Below, piece after piece: positions 1-13,707 of a stretch of DNA of 64,000 nucleotides. The notes under the pieces were generated by a model. The model did no database searches, was not told the origin of the DNA, and saw only the letters and a program-made list of their open reading frames with translations. The position numbers were made by a program, and so were the translations under genes. The stretch lies in the NCBI GenBank assembly GCA_951406725.2, contig OX597821.1, positions 106,268,001 to 106,332,000 of the forward strand, given 5' to 3'. Numbering within the stretch: position 1 is the stretch's first letter; every line of letters starts with the position of its first letter. Origin of the DNA: Octopus vulgaris. Taxonomy: Eukaryota.

Positions 1-73
1 TTACTATAAAATTGGATTTAATCCTAAATCTGATTTTTTCCCTGTAAATTTGGATTTATTCCCTAATATTTAT

Positions 74-135
<62 letters not shown>

Positions 136-142
136 CTATATA

Positions 143-196
<54 letters not shown>

Positions 197-1279
197 ACCC
201 TGTAGTGCATATCTATATATCTGTTAACATTCGCAAAAACACATCACAAAAGCTGAAACCAGTAAATGGAATAAATATATGTTTGCTGTGCAAACTCATC
301 TTTCTGAAAAAAAAAAAAAAGACAATGCTGACAACTTTGTGCGTAGGTTTAAAATTTCATTAATCAGGCATCAGTATTCAACACGCACCAAATCGAACTT
401 GTCAATAGATAAACTACAAAAGCCAGAAACACGCTAGAACTACGAGATTGATACTGCCTGGAGTAAAATTTCAGAAAAAAGCTATACTCTGACTCTACTG
501 CGTTACACACGAGATAATAAGGCCGGGTATGATGCTATCTCGCAGAATCTGTTCGGCATTGCTTATTCAACGCTGATTTGACATCAAACTTTTGAATGCT
601 TCTCTCGTTCTTTCTTCTTTTGCTCTCACCCTCTTCTCTCTTTTACCCCCTCCCTCTTTCCCTATCTCTGTTTATGTGTGTCAGCATATCCTATTTTACG
701 TGCATGAGAATACGTGAGTGTGTCTATGTCATTAGCGTTCAGCTAATAAATTAATTGTAATGACTCTTCCCCCGTCTCTCTCTCTCCCTCCATTCAAGTC
801 TCTCTCTCTCTCTCTCTTTCTCTCCATACAAGTCTCTCTCAATCTTAGTGTGTGTATGTGTATATAACTGTTACGCACGCATGCGGGTCTGTTTGCCTCC
901 AGCGCAAAAACCTACAATCGCCAAAACTTGCTGAATTTTCAGTCAGCCGAGCCAAATTGTCAGCTTCCACACAGCAGCGCCCAATAGCCTCAATCTCAAA
1001 ATAGATCGTATATTAATTGTCTGTCTATGTAAAATGTAACTATTGAGCAAACACAGAACATGAATACATTATCGTACTACAACTTCTAAGATTGAATCAA
1101 ACATTCCTTCAACATTTGTTGTGACATTTTCTCAAATCCAGCAGGCTAATTACATAATCTTTCGGACATTTAACTAATTTTATATACCCTGTGTAGCTTA
1201 ACCATTTGCAGGCATTAATTGTAAACTTTTAAAACAGCCATCAGCTACTTTTATGTCATATGTTAATATTTATTGTTAA

Positions 1280-1666
1280 CTAGCAGTATCGCCCGGCGTT
1301 GCTCGGGTTTGTAAGGGAAGTAATTATACAGCATTTTTAGAGAGTTATAGCCAAAAAAATAACAAAAAAATGCATTAAAAATGGAAAAAATATGATGGTA
1401 AATATTTTTTTAATCGTTGACTCATCGTAGACATTTTTAGAGAGTTACTTCCCTTTAAAAAAATATGCATGAAAATGGAAAAAAATGATGGTAAATTATT
1501 TTTTAAATCCTAGACTCATCGTAGACGCGCGCTAATACCCAGAAGGGCTTGATATGAATCACGACTATAAGATACCCGGTTTTGGTTAAACTGCACCGCA
1601 AAATGTGGGAGTAGTTAGGAATCTAAATCGAAGGGGACAGACAACTACAGTTTTATATATAAAGAT
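1280..1666 (-). mobile_element. Non-autonomous Helitron
   Basis: Minus strand reads 5'-TCTTTATATAT...CCCGAGCAACGCCGGG (hairpin)...CTAG|T. The ends resemble those of the 6-kb Helitron at 36115-42153. Confidence 0.7.
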
Positions 1667-2003
1667 ATTGCCTCCATCTTACACCCCGTTTCTACTTCTC
1701 TCTATATACAACCTTTCTCACCCAAGTGACGATAACAACTACGACCGTGCGTTTAGCTATATTCTTACCGTTTCCCCCCTCTAAACTACTAATATGCTGC
1801 TAGACGTGACTGCAATGAAATAGGTTTGAAAGAATGTTGAATGTGATGAGTTATTTGTACGAACATATAATACTCTGGCTAAAAGTAAGTACTCAGCAGA
1901 GCAAAGACCATAATAGACTCACGCTGTTACAATGCAACCCAAGGCAGTGGACACGGTGATAACTATATATTCAACTGGTTGAAATTCGGACGACGGGCCT
2001 TAC

Positions 2004-2055
<52 letters not shown>

Positions 2056-2123
2056 TTAAGGGTAGAAATTGATATTTATCAATTAAAACCAGTGGTCTAG
2101 CATATTAAAAAGAATCCGAAGAT

Positions 2124-2173
<50 letters not shown>

Positions 2174-2287
2174 TATGTGTGTAAATATGTATATGCAAAT
2201 AAATGTAAATCGATATGTATATCTACCTAGCTGTCAATTTATCTCCCTCTCACTTTCGTACTCTCTCTCTCTCTCTCTCTGCATATA

Positions 2288-3129
2288 TTGGGTCATCCCA
2301 TAAATAATGCGGTTTTTTATACTACTCTTATTTTTCAAAATTCAGATAGATTTTAGGTATACTCTCCTTCATTTTCTACAATGCTCTTCCATCTATCTGG
2401 TAAGGCCCGTCGTCCGAATTTCAATTGACCGTGACGAAAACTGCTCCCCCAGTACTGTTCTGACCTCGTCTACAGAATTCATATTTTTACCGTGCAAGTG
2501 ATTTTGAAGACTGGAATAAATGCTACTCAGATGCAGCAATGTCCGGCGAATATAGTAGGTGGGGCATCTTTTCCTATTCAAAGCAGCCTTTTGAACGTCA
2601 TCCTCACTGTATGTGGCCAAGCATTATCCTGATGGAAGAACACCTTACGTCTTGAAACCAAAGATGGTCGTTTTCCTTCTAGTACAGGTGGCGATGAGTG
2701 GTTGAATGACCAAATCCAAGCTTCTCTGTAGTTCCAAACAGTTACAATGGGATTTTGTTCCACCCGGGTTTGCAAGACGTCTTCGCCAACCTCTACAGAT
2801 GCTCGTTTTCTAGGCTCTAGCTTCTTGCTCGGAATTTCTGAAACCACCGTTGACATCGGTTTACGCTTATTGTCCGATCCCCATGTACTGCATTAAGATT
2901 CCTCGCAAGGTTCCGTTGCGTTGTTGCTTTTATTGAAATTATTAAGTAAAATATGCCGATTATGCTTCTTTGTCACTTCCATTATAGTTTTGGAAAAATT
3001 ACTGTTAAAATCGAACTACACTCTTCAAAATTTGCACTAAGAATAGGGACAAGATAACATTACTACCTGCTGTTGTAGCAAGTTGATGCAGGTAGTTTAT
3101 CCCAACCCCTTCGATAGGGAATGACCCAA
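2288..3129 (-). mobile_element. Decayed mariner transposon
   Basis: TIRs TTGGGTCATCCC / GGGAATGACCCAA, each flanked by TA. Transposase remnants include FHQDNAWPH and SSLQNHLHGK. Confidence 0.8.
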
Positions 3130-3162
3130 TATATTTATATGTATGCATGTATGCATGATTGC

Positions 3163-3193
<31 letters not shown>

Positions 3194-3336
3194 TGTATGT
3201 ATGTATGTATGTATGTATGCATGTATGTATGTATGTATGTGTGTATGTATGTATGTGGTTGTATGTATGTTTGTATGTATATATGTATGTATGTGGTTGT
3301 ATCAAAACTTTCTTATTGTTGCACACCGAGGTAACT

Positions 3337-3397
<61 letters not shown>

Positions 3398-4540
3398 ATA
3401 TATGTATGTTTGTATGTATGTATGTATGTATGTATGTATGTGTGTGTGTGCGCGCGTGTGTGTGCGCGCGTGTGTGTACGCGCATGTGTGTGAGGTCCTA
3501 AAATTTAGAAATTCGAGAGGACATGGAGGACGTAAAAGACTTCTTTTATGTAACAATAAAAGTCAAAGCAGATAAAGCTACAAATAATAGCTAAGAATAA
3601 TTATCTTTACAAGTCACTTCCAAATTTCGAAGGCTGCCATAGGACGGAAACTGACATGACTTGTAAGCAAAGGAGATATTCTACCGTTGGTCTACAGTAA
3701 TCTTTCAAATTTCCTCATGCATTTTAGAAAGTTTATTGTTCTCGGTGAGTGTTACATACGTATATGTGTGTGTGTTTTTGGGCATACATTTTGTTATACG
3801 CTGTGTGAAGCCCGTTCACTATATTCTGCTAACTGATGTCTTCGAAATGATGGAGGAAAATGTCATTTTATTTACTTCAGGAATTTCTTCGTGTTTGAAG
3901 GGTTGATAAAGTATGAGAAAAATGCAAATGGAATTCACGCGACTCTTTAATATCGACTAAGATCAATTCCACCCATCGCGTACCTGTGCCAAGCGAGTGA
4001 GAGGATTTACAAAATGTTCCGGAGCATCATAGATGCAGATGTGTCTCATCAGATGATTTTCCAAAAGATACCTCGTTTTTCAATCACCGGTTAGCTTATT
4101 TCGATTAGAATATATTTTTGTAACTGTATTTCGCTACCCCTTTACATGAGGGATAATGTAGAGCACTGGGTTAAAATGTTGAGGATTTCTCGTATAAAGT
4201 GACCTATGAAGAATCATAATAAAGTGATTTACAGAGAATCAGAAAATAAAAAGAAATATGAAATATAAACAAATCATATTAATCAAAGGATATGCTTTAC
4301 ACTGATACAGAAAAAGCGGTACACAAAACCGTAAAAAAATCGTGGATAGAATGGAAAACAAAACGTCAACGGACATTCAGTCTGACCCTACGCTAGGTGA
4401 AGTTTAAATTTTCTCCACTCCTTAAAAGGAATTTTGTATGTGTGTGTATACATACATAAATACATACATACATATATATATATATATATGTGTGAGTGTA
4501 TTTTGTATGTGTGTGTATACATACATAAATACATACATAC

Positions 4541-4589
<49 letters not shown>

Positions 4590-4767
4590 CATACATATAT
4601 ATGAATATATATAAATATATGTATATGTGTAGACATACAAATATATGTAGATGTATCTATATATAAAATATATTTATATATATACATATATATATATAGA
4701 GAGAGCGATAAATATATATGTACATATATATATATATATATATAGACACACATACATACATACATAA

Positions 4768-4818
<51 letters not shown>

Positions 4819-5359
4819 GATGTAGATATATATATATACTAACATTAATGACCCGTCGTTGCCGGGCCATAGTGCTAGTGCATGTATACATGTGTATATA
4901 TATGTGTACATATTACATGTACATCTATATATATACATCTACACATAAAATGCAAAATACAAAGTTATATCTTGATTTCGCTAGTGATAACAATACTCAA
5001 AATATATAACAGACTGGAATTGTTAGCTATTCTTTTTTCTCTACATTGCATACTTTATAGACAATAGTCTTTTCTTTAATTCAAGTTTTTATTATCCATC
5101 TGGACTATTCCATTTCTGCACGCTAATTTTATTTTTAATTTAATTCCCATTCATGTGAAACCACTTATTCAAGTTCAAATCATTGATGCAATTTTATACC
5201 AATTGCTATTTTTACTTATATTATACTTTAGTTTGATTTTAATTATTACTTACTACATATAATTCAATTGTTATTATTATTTTTATTGTTAAAGTGAAAG
5301 CATCTGACATAAAATAGAGAAATATTTTTGTTTCACTTTTAATACGTAATACTTAAATA

Positions 5360-5692
5360 GTGGTGAAGATATGATATTGCTATGGGCTCGCTCTAGGCAA
5401 GAAGTTGAACATTTTTTTGCCCATGAAACTACATAGACCCTAAGTAAGGCATGTGTAAAATGTGAATGAAATTGGTTGTGTAGTTCTCAAGTTTTAGGGA
5501 ATCGTAGTGGAGAAGGTATGTTATTGCTGTTAGCTTGCCCTAGGCAAGAAGCTGAAAATTTTTTTGGCGATGACACTTCCCGGACCCTAAGTAAGGCATA
5601 TGTAAAATTTGAATGAAATTGGTTGTGTAGTTCTCAGGTTTTGGAGAAACACACAGACAGACACACATTCTCAGTTTTATATATATAAAGAT
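5360..5692 (-). mobile_element. Helitron-like 5' end with internal ~150-bp tandem duplication
   Basis: Two copies of ctaggcaagaag...ccctaagtaaggcat...gttgtgtagttctca, followed by cagttttatatatataaagat as at ~1650-1666. Confidence 0.55.
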
Positions 5693-6429
5693 ATATATAC
5701 ATATATATAATGGATAAAAAACGAATGGTTTACACCTGGTAGTTTACTGGTAAATCACGGTCACTTTCGTAGTAATCTATATGTATATGGCAAATGAAAG
5801 ACGGAAGGTGGAATATACGAGAATTTATTATTAATCACAACAATTGTTTCGACACATCTAGAATCGATGCCTCATGGTTGGGACACTCAACAACTGTTTC
5901 AGGAGCATCTGGCGATGCAAATGTATTTCGTCCAGTGATAAATAAAAACAACTCGTTAAAATAACTGTTCTGCAATGTGCCTTCTCATTTTGTAGAAACA
6001 AAAGCAGCCAGTCGGAGAGAATATCTTCATTTATATAGATAATCAAAAGTAAAATCATAGATGGAAAAAAAAAAACCGAACACGCAATCCAGCGAGAAAA
6101 GTATTGAAAATAACGGTTAACAAATATGGATGTATAAATGCCATCGGTCAAACTACATGGGGCAATTTCTTATCGACTGATTTGCCCTTCTAAATCCGAT
6201 ATAGGCATTATTAGGAAAATTAATTGATAGGGTAATGTAACCCACCCTTAAGTATTAAATTAGATTAGCCCTCTAGTCTGATACTCATGATGGTTTAAGC
6301 TTCTATAAACTAGTAAGAACAGTAAATTCATGGAACTAAATATAGAGAGCTATTATGCTACTATTAACCTGATTGTTGTTAATTAACCCTTAATTTGTCC
6401 CGACACGAAACAGATATTATACTTGCCGT

Positions 6430-7960
6430 GCGAACCACTCTCTCTAGCATATTTTGATGGTAGATTATGAAATAGACTAGATACGGAGAATGCATTTGGT
6501 ATAGCAATCGACTCATGATTCTGCTCAGTTCACTGACCTAGTCGGAATATATATATTTTCATTAATTCAGTTTTCCTTTCCAGAAATAACAGGGGGGTTA
6601 TATAGGGATGACGCCTTATTTTTGTGGACAGAAGTAGCGAAGTACAGTTAGAAAGGCATAGGAAAAATTTCTTTAGATTTTCTAAAATTTTAGGACTAAA
6701 CATTACTATGGATAAAGATAAACGTAGAGTGAGTTTTCTTGACGCTACCTTCTGTCATGATGGTGGATTTTTGAAGCATTTCATAAACCAAACGATCCTA
6801 TTAAGTACATAAACGTAACCTCCAACTCGATTATACGGGGACGAGTTAAGAATAGTTCTACAAGAATGTCTAGATTATCTGTTAATAAAATTTTGGAATC
6901 TCATGCAACTTATCATAATGCTGCTTTATCCAGGGCTAGGTACCATGAAAAATTCAATATACACAAAAAGCAGGCATAAAAAACAATGGTAATTCCTCCA
7001 ATTGTAATACACATTGTACACCACCACAACGTCACGGTTTTAGAATTCACTCGGATAGAGAATGCAGGCTAGCAAGAATTGGTCATATCAATGAATTACC
7101 AACGAAAACTCAGAGACACACGCGACATAATAATCCAAATGCTTGTTCCAATCCTGTACAACACAGATTTTCAGTTGCCATGTTTCAACCAAGATCGCTG
7201 GAAAATTATTTGTTGCTTTGGACAAATGTTTTCCTAAATCAAATCGGCATCATGCTATTGTTAATCGGCACACCGAGACCTTATCCTACGGCAATTCTGC
7301 TAATTTAGAGCAGCTTATGCAACGCGTAAACAATAGCGAAATGCGGCAAAGGTTCAATATCCCACCTATTATATCTAGCGAACATATGCGTTTAAATACA
7401 AACCAACGATATGTAAATCGCAACTATAAACACCTACTGCGACCAAATCGTAGTAGTAGAAATACTTATGATACAGCTAACACGGTAAAAACCTCGGTAA
7501 ATGGAAACGGTACGCCTTATATACAAATGAATACGATAAATGCTCATGCAGAGAAAAATCAAAATATACTCTGATGAGTAAAAGTCTTGTATGTAATCGT
7601 ATCGTGCAGACAAAAGGAGGGCTCTATATTTACATTGGGAAGATAGTTGATTTATCTAACAATCGTTATCGTAACCATGTTGCCAGCTTTAAGACAATCA
7701 ATAAGAGACATTCAACATCTTTGGCAGATTTTGTATGGCAACTTAATGAGGTTAAAAGGAAGTGAAACATAAGTTGGTTCATGGTAAGACACGCGAAACC
7801 ATACAATATAATATCCTGGAGATGCCGTCTCTGTTCTGAGTAATCCCTGTCTATTTTGTTGACTAACGAGAAGATCATTAAAAGAAGTTCTGAAAGACTC
7901 TCAAGATGCCTACACACATATAAACGTACTTTCGCACAATGCAGTGGGAACGAATTTTGA
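6430..7960 (+). mobile_element. Decayed Penelope-like retroelement (RT + GIY-YIG)
   Basis: Frameshifted RT remnants (YRDDAL, VSFLDAT), KCFPKSNRHHAIVNRHTETLSY, and a GIY-YIG-like LYIYIG...RYRNH...STSLADFVWQL segment. Confidence 0.7.
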
Positions 7961-8149
7961 GTAACCGTTAAAAATAATTTGATTTACGTTAAGGTATGGA
8001 TGACTGAAGTCTACTTTTTACCTCCCCATTCTTACAAACACCAAGTAGATAACTCGCTTTGTGTTCATGAGTGCACCAAACCTCACGTGTGCGTATGCTT
8101 ACGTTTTCGCGGATGTTTGTCTGAGGGAGCCAATCCATTATAGGGAAGC

Positions 8150-8670
8150 GCTCCTCATCTCCTGCTCCAATGAAGGCCAAGGACCTTTCATTTGTAGAGG
8201 GGATAATGACCTCAGTTTTTGAGGATGCAAAAGTTTTGTGATAATTGACTATCTTCAAAACGGTTACACAATTAAAGGAGCTTTCTATGCAAAGCTGCTG
8301 AAAAAGCTACGAAACGCTATGAAGACCAAACGACCAGGAAAACTGACGAAAGGGGACTTGTTTTATCAGGACATCGTCCCAGGACACAAATACTACGATT
8401 CAATGGATGCTATGCTTGACTGTGGCTTCGAACTGATTAATCACTATCCCTACCCACCTGCTTTGGTCTATTCTGGCTATAATCTATTCATCAACATGAA
8501 AAACACTTCGCCTGGAAACAATATCTCAATGATTATTACGTCATATATACTGTTGATGACAGTTTTTTTACCAACAGGATAGAAGCTTCTTCACCAACGG
8601 GTTCTAAGCATTGCAAGACCGAAGGAAGAAATGTGTACATCGCATTGAGGACTATGTTGAAAAATAAAAT
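8150..8670 (+). mobile_element. Mariner transposase 3' fragment
   Basis: IDYLQNGYTIKGAFYAKLL...KRPGKL...FYQDIVPGH...HYPYPPAL, degenerate versions of the HDNA and YSPDL motifs. Confidence 0.75.
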
Positions 8671-8754
8671 TTGTTTGCGTTGAATGACAATATCTTGATC
8701 ATTATTTACATTATCTACATTTCAAGGATATTTGCCCTCATCTTGTTTGTTGTT

Positions 8755-8800
8755 AACACAACGTTTCGGCTGATATACCCTCCAGCCTTCATCAGGTGTC
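8755..8800 (-). ncRNA. Candidate minimal type-I hammerhead ribozyme
   Basis: Minus strand GACAC-CTGATGA-A-GGCTG(gagggtatat)CAGCC-GAA-ACGT-T-GTGTT: stem I GACAC/GTGTT, stem II GGCTG/CAGCC, palindromic mini stem III. Confidence 0.55.
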
Positions 8801-8846
8801 TTGGGGAAATTTCGAACCTGGGTTCTCATTGCTAAGGTATTTTCGA

Positions 8847-8879
<33 letters not shown>

Positions 8880-8880
<1 letters not shown>

Positions 8881-9454
8881 GAGTGAGAGAGCAGTTCATG
8901 CCATCAAAGTGACACTGGGGTAAAATATACGAAGCCCAATATACCCATCATGACTACCCGTCTGATAAGGGTACACCAGGCACATGCATCACAACCATAT
9001 GTGCGCGACATGGTGATCTCATATCAAGATAAACAGCACATGACCTTGCAGGTGGGGCCCAGTTAGAATTTTCTTCAGGTTGAGTAGCCCATCCCGCTCA
9101 AAAGGTCCCTGAATAAGGGTTGTTTAAGGATGTTGAAAGAACCACCCATGTTTCCAGAGGTGAATTATTCAAACCCCAAAGAATCCCTCTCAACACATGG
9201 CTATGATGCTCCCCCACTACTTCTGCTCGTGATCAGAGATGCACATATCGTCAGCCACTAAGGGACATGCTCAACTGGTTAAGGTCAAACAACTGACAAG
9301 CAAATCTGTGGTATTGAGCAGAATATTTGGTGTAGCCCATCTTTTATACCAAGACAAAACAATGTACATGATAACACTTCCAATCAATTAAGATCAGAAG
9401 CCATGAGAGCCACTGCCTGGTACTGCATCAGGGCATTTAGGTACTGCATCAGGG

Positions 9455-9456
<2 letters not shown>
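8880..9456. mobile_element. ~550-bp non-coding interspersed element inserted in (TTA)n, copy 1
   Basis: Near-identical copy at ~45414-45922; both copies are flanked by (TTA)n. A short end fragment occurs at ~32133-32190. Confidence 0.75.
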
Positions 9457-9526
<70 letters not shown>

Positions 9527-9527
9527 T

Positions 9528-9559
<32 letters not shown>

Positions 9560-9878
9560 TTTCCTTCCTTTCTTCAAATTTTCTTCCATTTCTCACCGAG
9601 TGTTGTCTGTACACCTGGGGCAGAGGAGCTCATTCTTTGCATTCCCAGATTACACACGAAAAATTCACGGGTAAAATATATAATTAAAAAATAATAATAG
9701 ATAAATAAATTCCTGAATGGATATTGTTTTTACAACGATAATGTTCTTCTCAGTACATGAATCGTTCCAGTTAACACGATTTTTTGCACTTCCTGTTGGG
9801 ATGGTATGCCTGGTATCATTTTCAAATAAGTTTCAGTACCATTTTTTATCATTCCTAGAGATCCTACATTCACTGGTA

Positions 9879-9935
<57 letters not shown>

Positions 9936-9980
9936 GTTGTTGTTGTTGTTGTTGTTGTTGTCGTTGTTGTCGTCGTCGTC

Positions 9981-10083
<103 letters not shown>

Positions 10084-11074
10084 TCACTGCCTGGAATCGA
10101 ACTGCAATATCTTGATCAGTCTAAGAGCATTTCTCCGAGCCTTATTTATCGAGTAATCCCTTTTAACCAATTGCTTAATAAGACTCTAAAACTCAAAGAT
10201 GGATGAAATGGTCGACCCAAAGTTGATGTATCATTGAATCGGAAAGAAGCTGAAACCAATAGTTGAAAACGGAAAACTAACATAAGATGAAGAGAATTCA
10301 TTTGCAAATTAAAATAATTTATTCCGTTAAAAGAATCTACTATAATATCCATGTTTTTGTTTTTATGAAAATTATGAAATTTACAAAAGCGTACGCCGTG
10401 TGTAAGGGAGGCAAATCATAATTTTTTGTACGTGATATTGTCCCTTTCAATTAATGGCTTATGTTGTTTGGTGCCTTGTTGTAAATTGCAAACTATCTGA
10501 AGTTATTCTACGGATTAAACATGGGAGATAATTCAAATATTTTGTGAAAGAGTACTTGCCCATGAATTTACATTCTTATACCGAGTGAATTTCCTTATTT
10601 TTTCTCTCTCTCTGCGTGGGTTTTTTCAAGTATTTTGTTTTGTACGGGACACAAATACTATTGCAGTAGAAGAAATAGCCAAGATTCTTTGGCTGCTATT
10701 TCTAAACTTCGGTATGTGGTAAAGCAAATCTTTGCTGAACCCCAATTATAATTATTACTCGTAATTATAAAATATTATATATATGTCCTTAAAATCCTTA
10801 AAAATCCTTTAAAATGTTTTAGCCCGAAGCCCGCGGCCATGCTGGGGCACCACCGCTGTTTTTTTTTTTATTAAGTCGATTATATCGACCCTAGTGCGTA
10901 ACTGGTACTTAATCTATCGACCCCGTAAGAATGAAAGGTAAAGTCGATCTCGGCGGCGGAATTTGAACTCAGACGAAATACGGCTACGTATTTCGCCCGG
11001 CGTACTAACGATTCTGCCAGCTCAACGCCTTATATATATATATTACATATATATACAAACATATATATATATAC

Positions 11075-11136
<62 letters not shown>

Positions 11137-11137
11137 C

Positions 11138-11188
<51 letters not shown>

Positions 11189-11479
11189 TTTCTATGACAC
11201 AATCACATTCACAAAGACACGTATATAAAATAGATGAAGAAACGAAAGCACATTCAGTTGAAGTTCGAAGTATTTTACAACGGGGAAAACATGAATTGTA
11301 TCGCTATTTGAGAGTAGTGTCCGTATACTGCTAACAAATGCAAAATCGTGTGGTGTATGAGGTACGTATTTATTTACTGATTTGTTAATTGAATAAACAT
11401 ATTCTCATGGGTTGAATATTGAATTGATGTACAATAGAGCGAGACGATTTTGAAATAATTAGTGTATAAATATTATTGA

Positions 11480-11937
11480 ATATTGTTGGATTTAGGAATG
11501 GTCATTTTGCCAGTTTAGCCAATAAAAACACACTCATTATATATTTGGTCTTACTTTGCTTCAGCGTTGTTCATTTTTTACATTAATCTTAATCTTATTT
11601 CGGCCAGAGTTCTTTCGTCACACTCCTGTGACCTCATAAGTGGTCCTTTGCTTCTTCTTTCTTATTTGTGTGTCTCTCCTTCCTAACAGTCAGCCATTTT
11701 ATATTTTGTATTTTACTAATGACTGACCGTTAGTAAGGAGAGACATACAAATAAGAAAGAAGAAAGCAAAGGACCACTGATGAGGTCACAGGAGTGTGAA
11801 TAAAGAACTCTGGCCGAAATAAGATTAAGATTAATGTAAAAAAGGAATAACGCTGAAGCAAAGTAACACCAAATATACAGTGCGTGTGATTTTATTGGCT
11901 AAACTGGCAAAATGACCATTCCTAAATACAACAATAT
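11480..11937. repeat. Long inverted repeat (arms ~215 bp) bracketed by a 15-bp direct repeat
   Basis: Arms ~11480-11696 and ~11720-11937 are reverse complements. aaatattattgaata occurs at 11468-11482 and 11979-11993. Confidence 0.85.
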
Positions 11938-12081
11938 CTGTTTCAACACGCGATTTCACATCAAAAATCTTGCAAAACAAATATTATTGAATAAATTGCT
12001 GTTTAAAGTTTCAAGAGGTTATATAATTAAAATTTGAACAGTTCTGTGATTTGTTAATGGTTCATGAGTTTGAAATATCCG

Positions 12082-12162
12082 TTATTTCTGATACTTGATA
12101 CCGTCAAGAGTTGGTTTATTTTGGGTAATAAAGGCGGTGATGGTCACTAAACAACCGATCAT
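12082..12162 (-). CDS. GRL gene A, terminal exon 4 (MIGCLVTITAFITQNKPTLDGIKYQK*; TM7b)
   Basis: Strong polypyrimidine acceptor ttcttttctcttctttag. T-I-T-A-F-I-T-Q is in register with the GR TYhhhhhQF motif. TAA stop at 12084-12082. Confidence 0.8.
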   Translation of the reverse strand: MIGCLVTITAFITQNKPTLDGIKYQK

Positions 12163-12233
12163 CTAAAGAAGAGAAAAGAATTAAGTGAGAAAATCAGTAT
12201 ATACATGACATTTATAAAAGCCTCAAAAAATAG

Positions 12234-12298
<65 letters not shown>

Positions 12299-12338
12299 CC
12301 ACCACCACCACCACTACCACTACCACCACCACCACTAC

Positions 12339-12370
<32 letters not shown>

Positions 12371-12377
12371 CCACCAC

Positions 12378-12431
<54 letters not shown>

Positions 12432-13609
12432 CATCATCATCACCACCACCATCATCATAGTCATAATTATCATTAGGTCGGCGTGCTGGTAGAATTTTTC
12501 GCGCACCGGACCAAACGCTTACTAGCATTACGTTTGACGATACTACCTGAGTTCAAATTCCGCCGAAGTCGACTCTGCCTTTCATCCTTTCGAGGTCGAT
12601 AAAATAAGTGCCTTTTAAATACTATAGTCGATGCAATCTTATTCCTACCCCTAAATCTGTTGGTCTTGTACCAAAATTTGAAACTATTATTGTTATTATT
12701 ATACAAATTTTTTAACTTTGTTCTGCATCACTAGGTTTGTGGGGCAGTGATTTCTCAGTTTTTGTAACAATTAGAAGTGTCCTGAAAGCTTGTGTTGTTA
12801 TGGGGTTGAGTTTAATGTTTCTTATTCTAAAGCATTTTCTGCTGTGTTGTGTTGTGTATTGAGTGGTCAATGTGAGTAATATATTTGGCGAGTTGTGTTA
12901 CTCTATTCGAGATATATGTTGCCTGAGTCGTGTTGATTTGTTATTAGGTACTTGTTGTACAGGGTATATATTGTGTATGAAGATTGTTATTTAAGTTATT
13001 CTATTGAATCGTGAGCTATTCTATTGGACTAATAGTGCTTTGTGCAAAATGTCTGCTATTCCTCACCGAGATATTGAAGTATCTAGTGCTATGAGCCCTG
13101 GTATAATTTTTACGTTTCTTTCCATAATTTATAATACATAGTGTTCCAACTCGTAATCGTACTGTTTTCACTCTCATACGTCTCACCTTGAATATTTCAA
13201 TTTGAAAATCCGTGTATTTTGACAGATACACTACTTCTTTTAGAAAAAAATCTTTACATCAGAGTTGAATACGATATCTTTCAGTGTACATGTGTTTCTT
13301 TTCCAATTTTATATTATGTAAAACTGACAGAGAGTTCACTTTGATCTCTTTGTTAGTTTTGATTGGTATATCCCAGATTATTGTTTCCAGGTCGTTAGCA
13401 TGTGCCATACTTGGTACATGGTAGCCTATCTCCTTACTAGTTTTCGGTGAGGTGTTGGCATATTACCCAGTGAAGTAGCTGCCTCCATGACCATTTATGT
13501 GAAAAGGACTGGACAGCCGGACATGATGTGATCAAAATTTCATTATTATGGTTGCACATCCTTCATTTGGTGTGAAGATACGTTCTTGTAATCTTATTGT
13601 TATATTGTA

Positions 13610-13706
<97 letters not shown>

Positions 13707-13707
<1 letters not shown>

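Noticed and set aside
3900-4000. piggyBac-like MGGIDL on the minus strand
   Set aside because: Too short and degraded to assign.
5835-5900. Further hammerhead cores here and at ~20300-20335 and 16447
   Set aside because: Cores are incomplete or stems are missing; the 16447 match lies antisense within GRL exon 3 and is probably chance.
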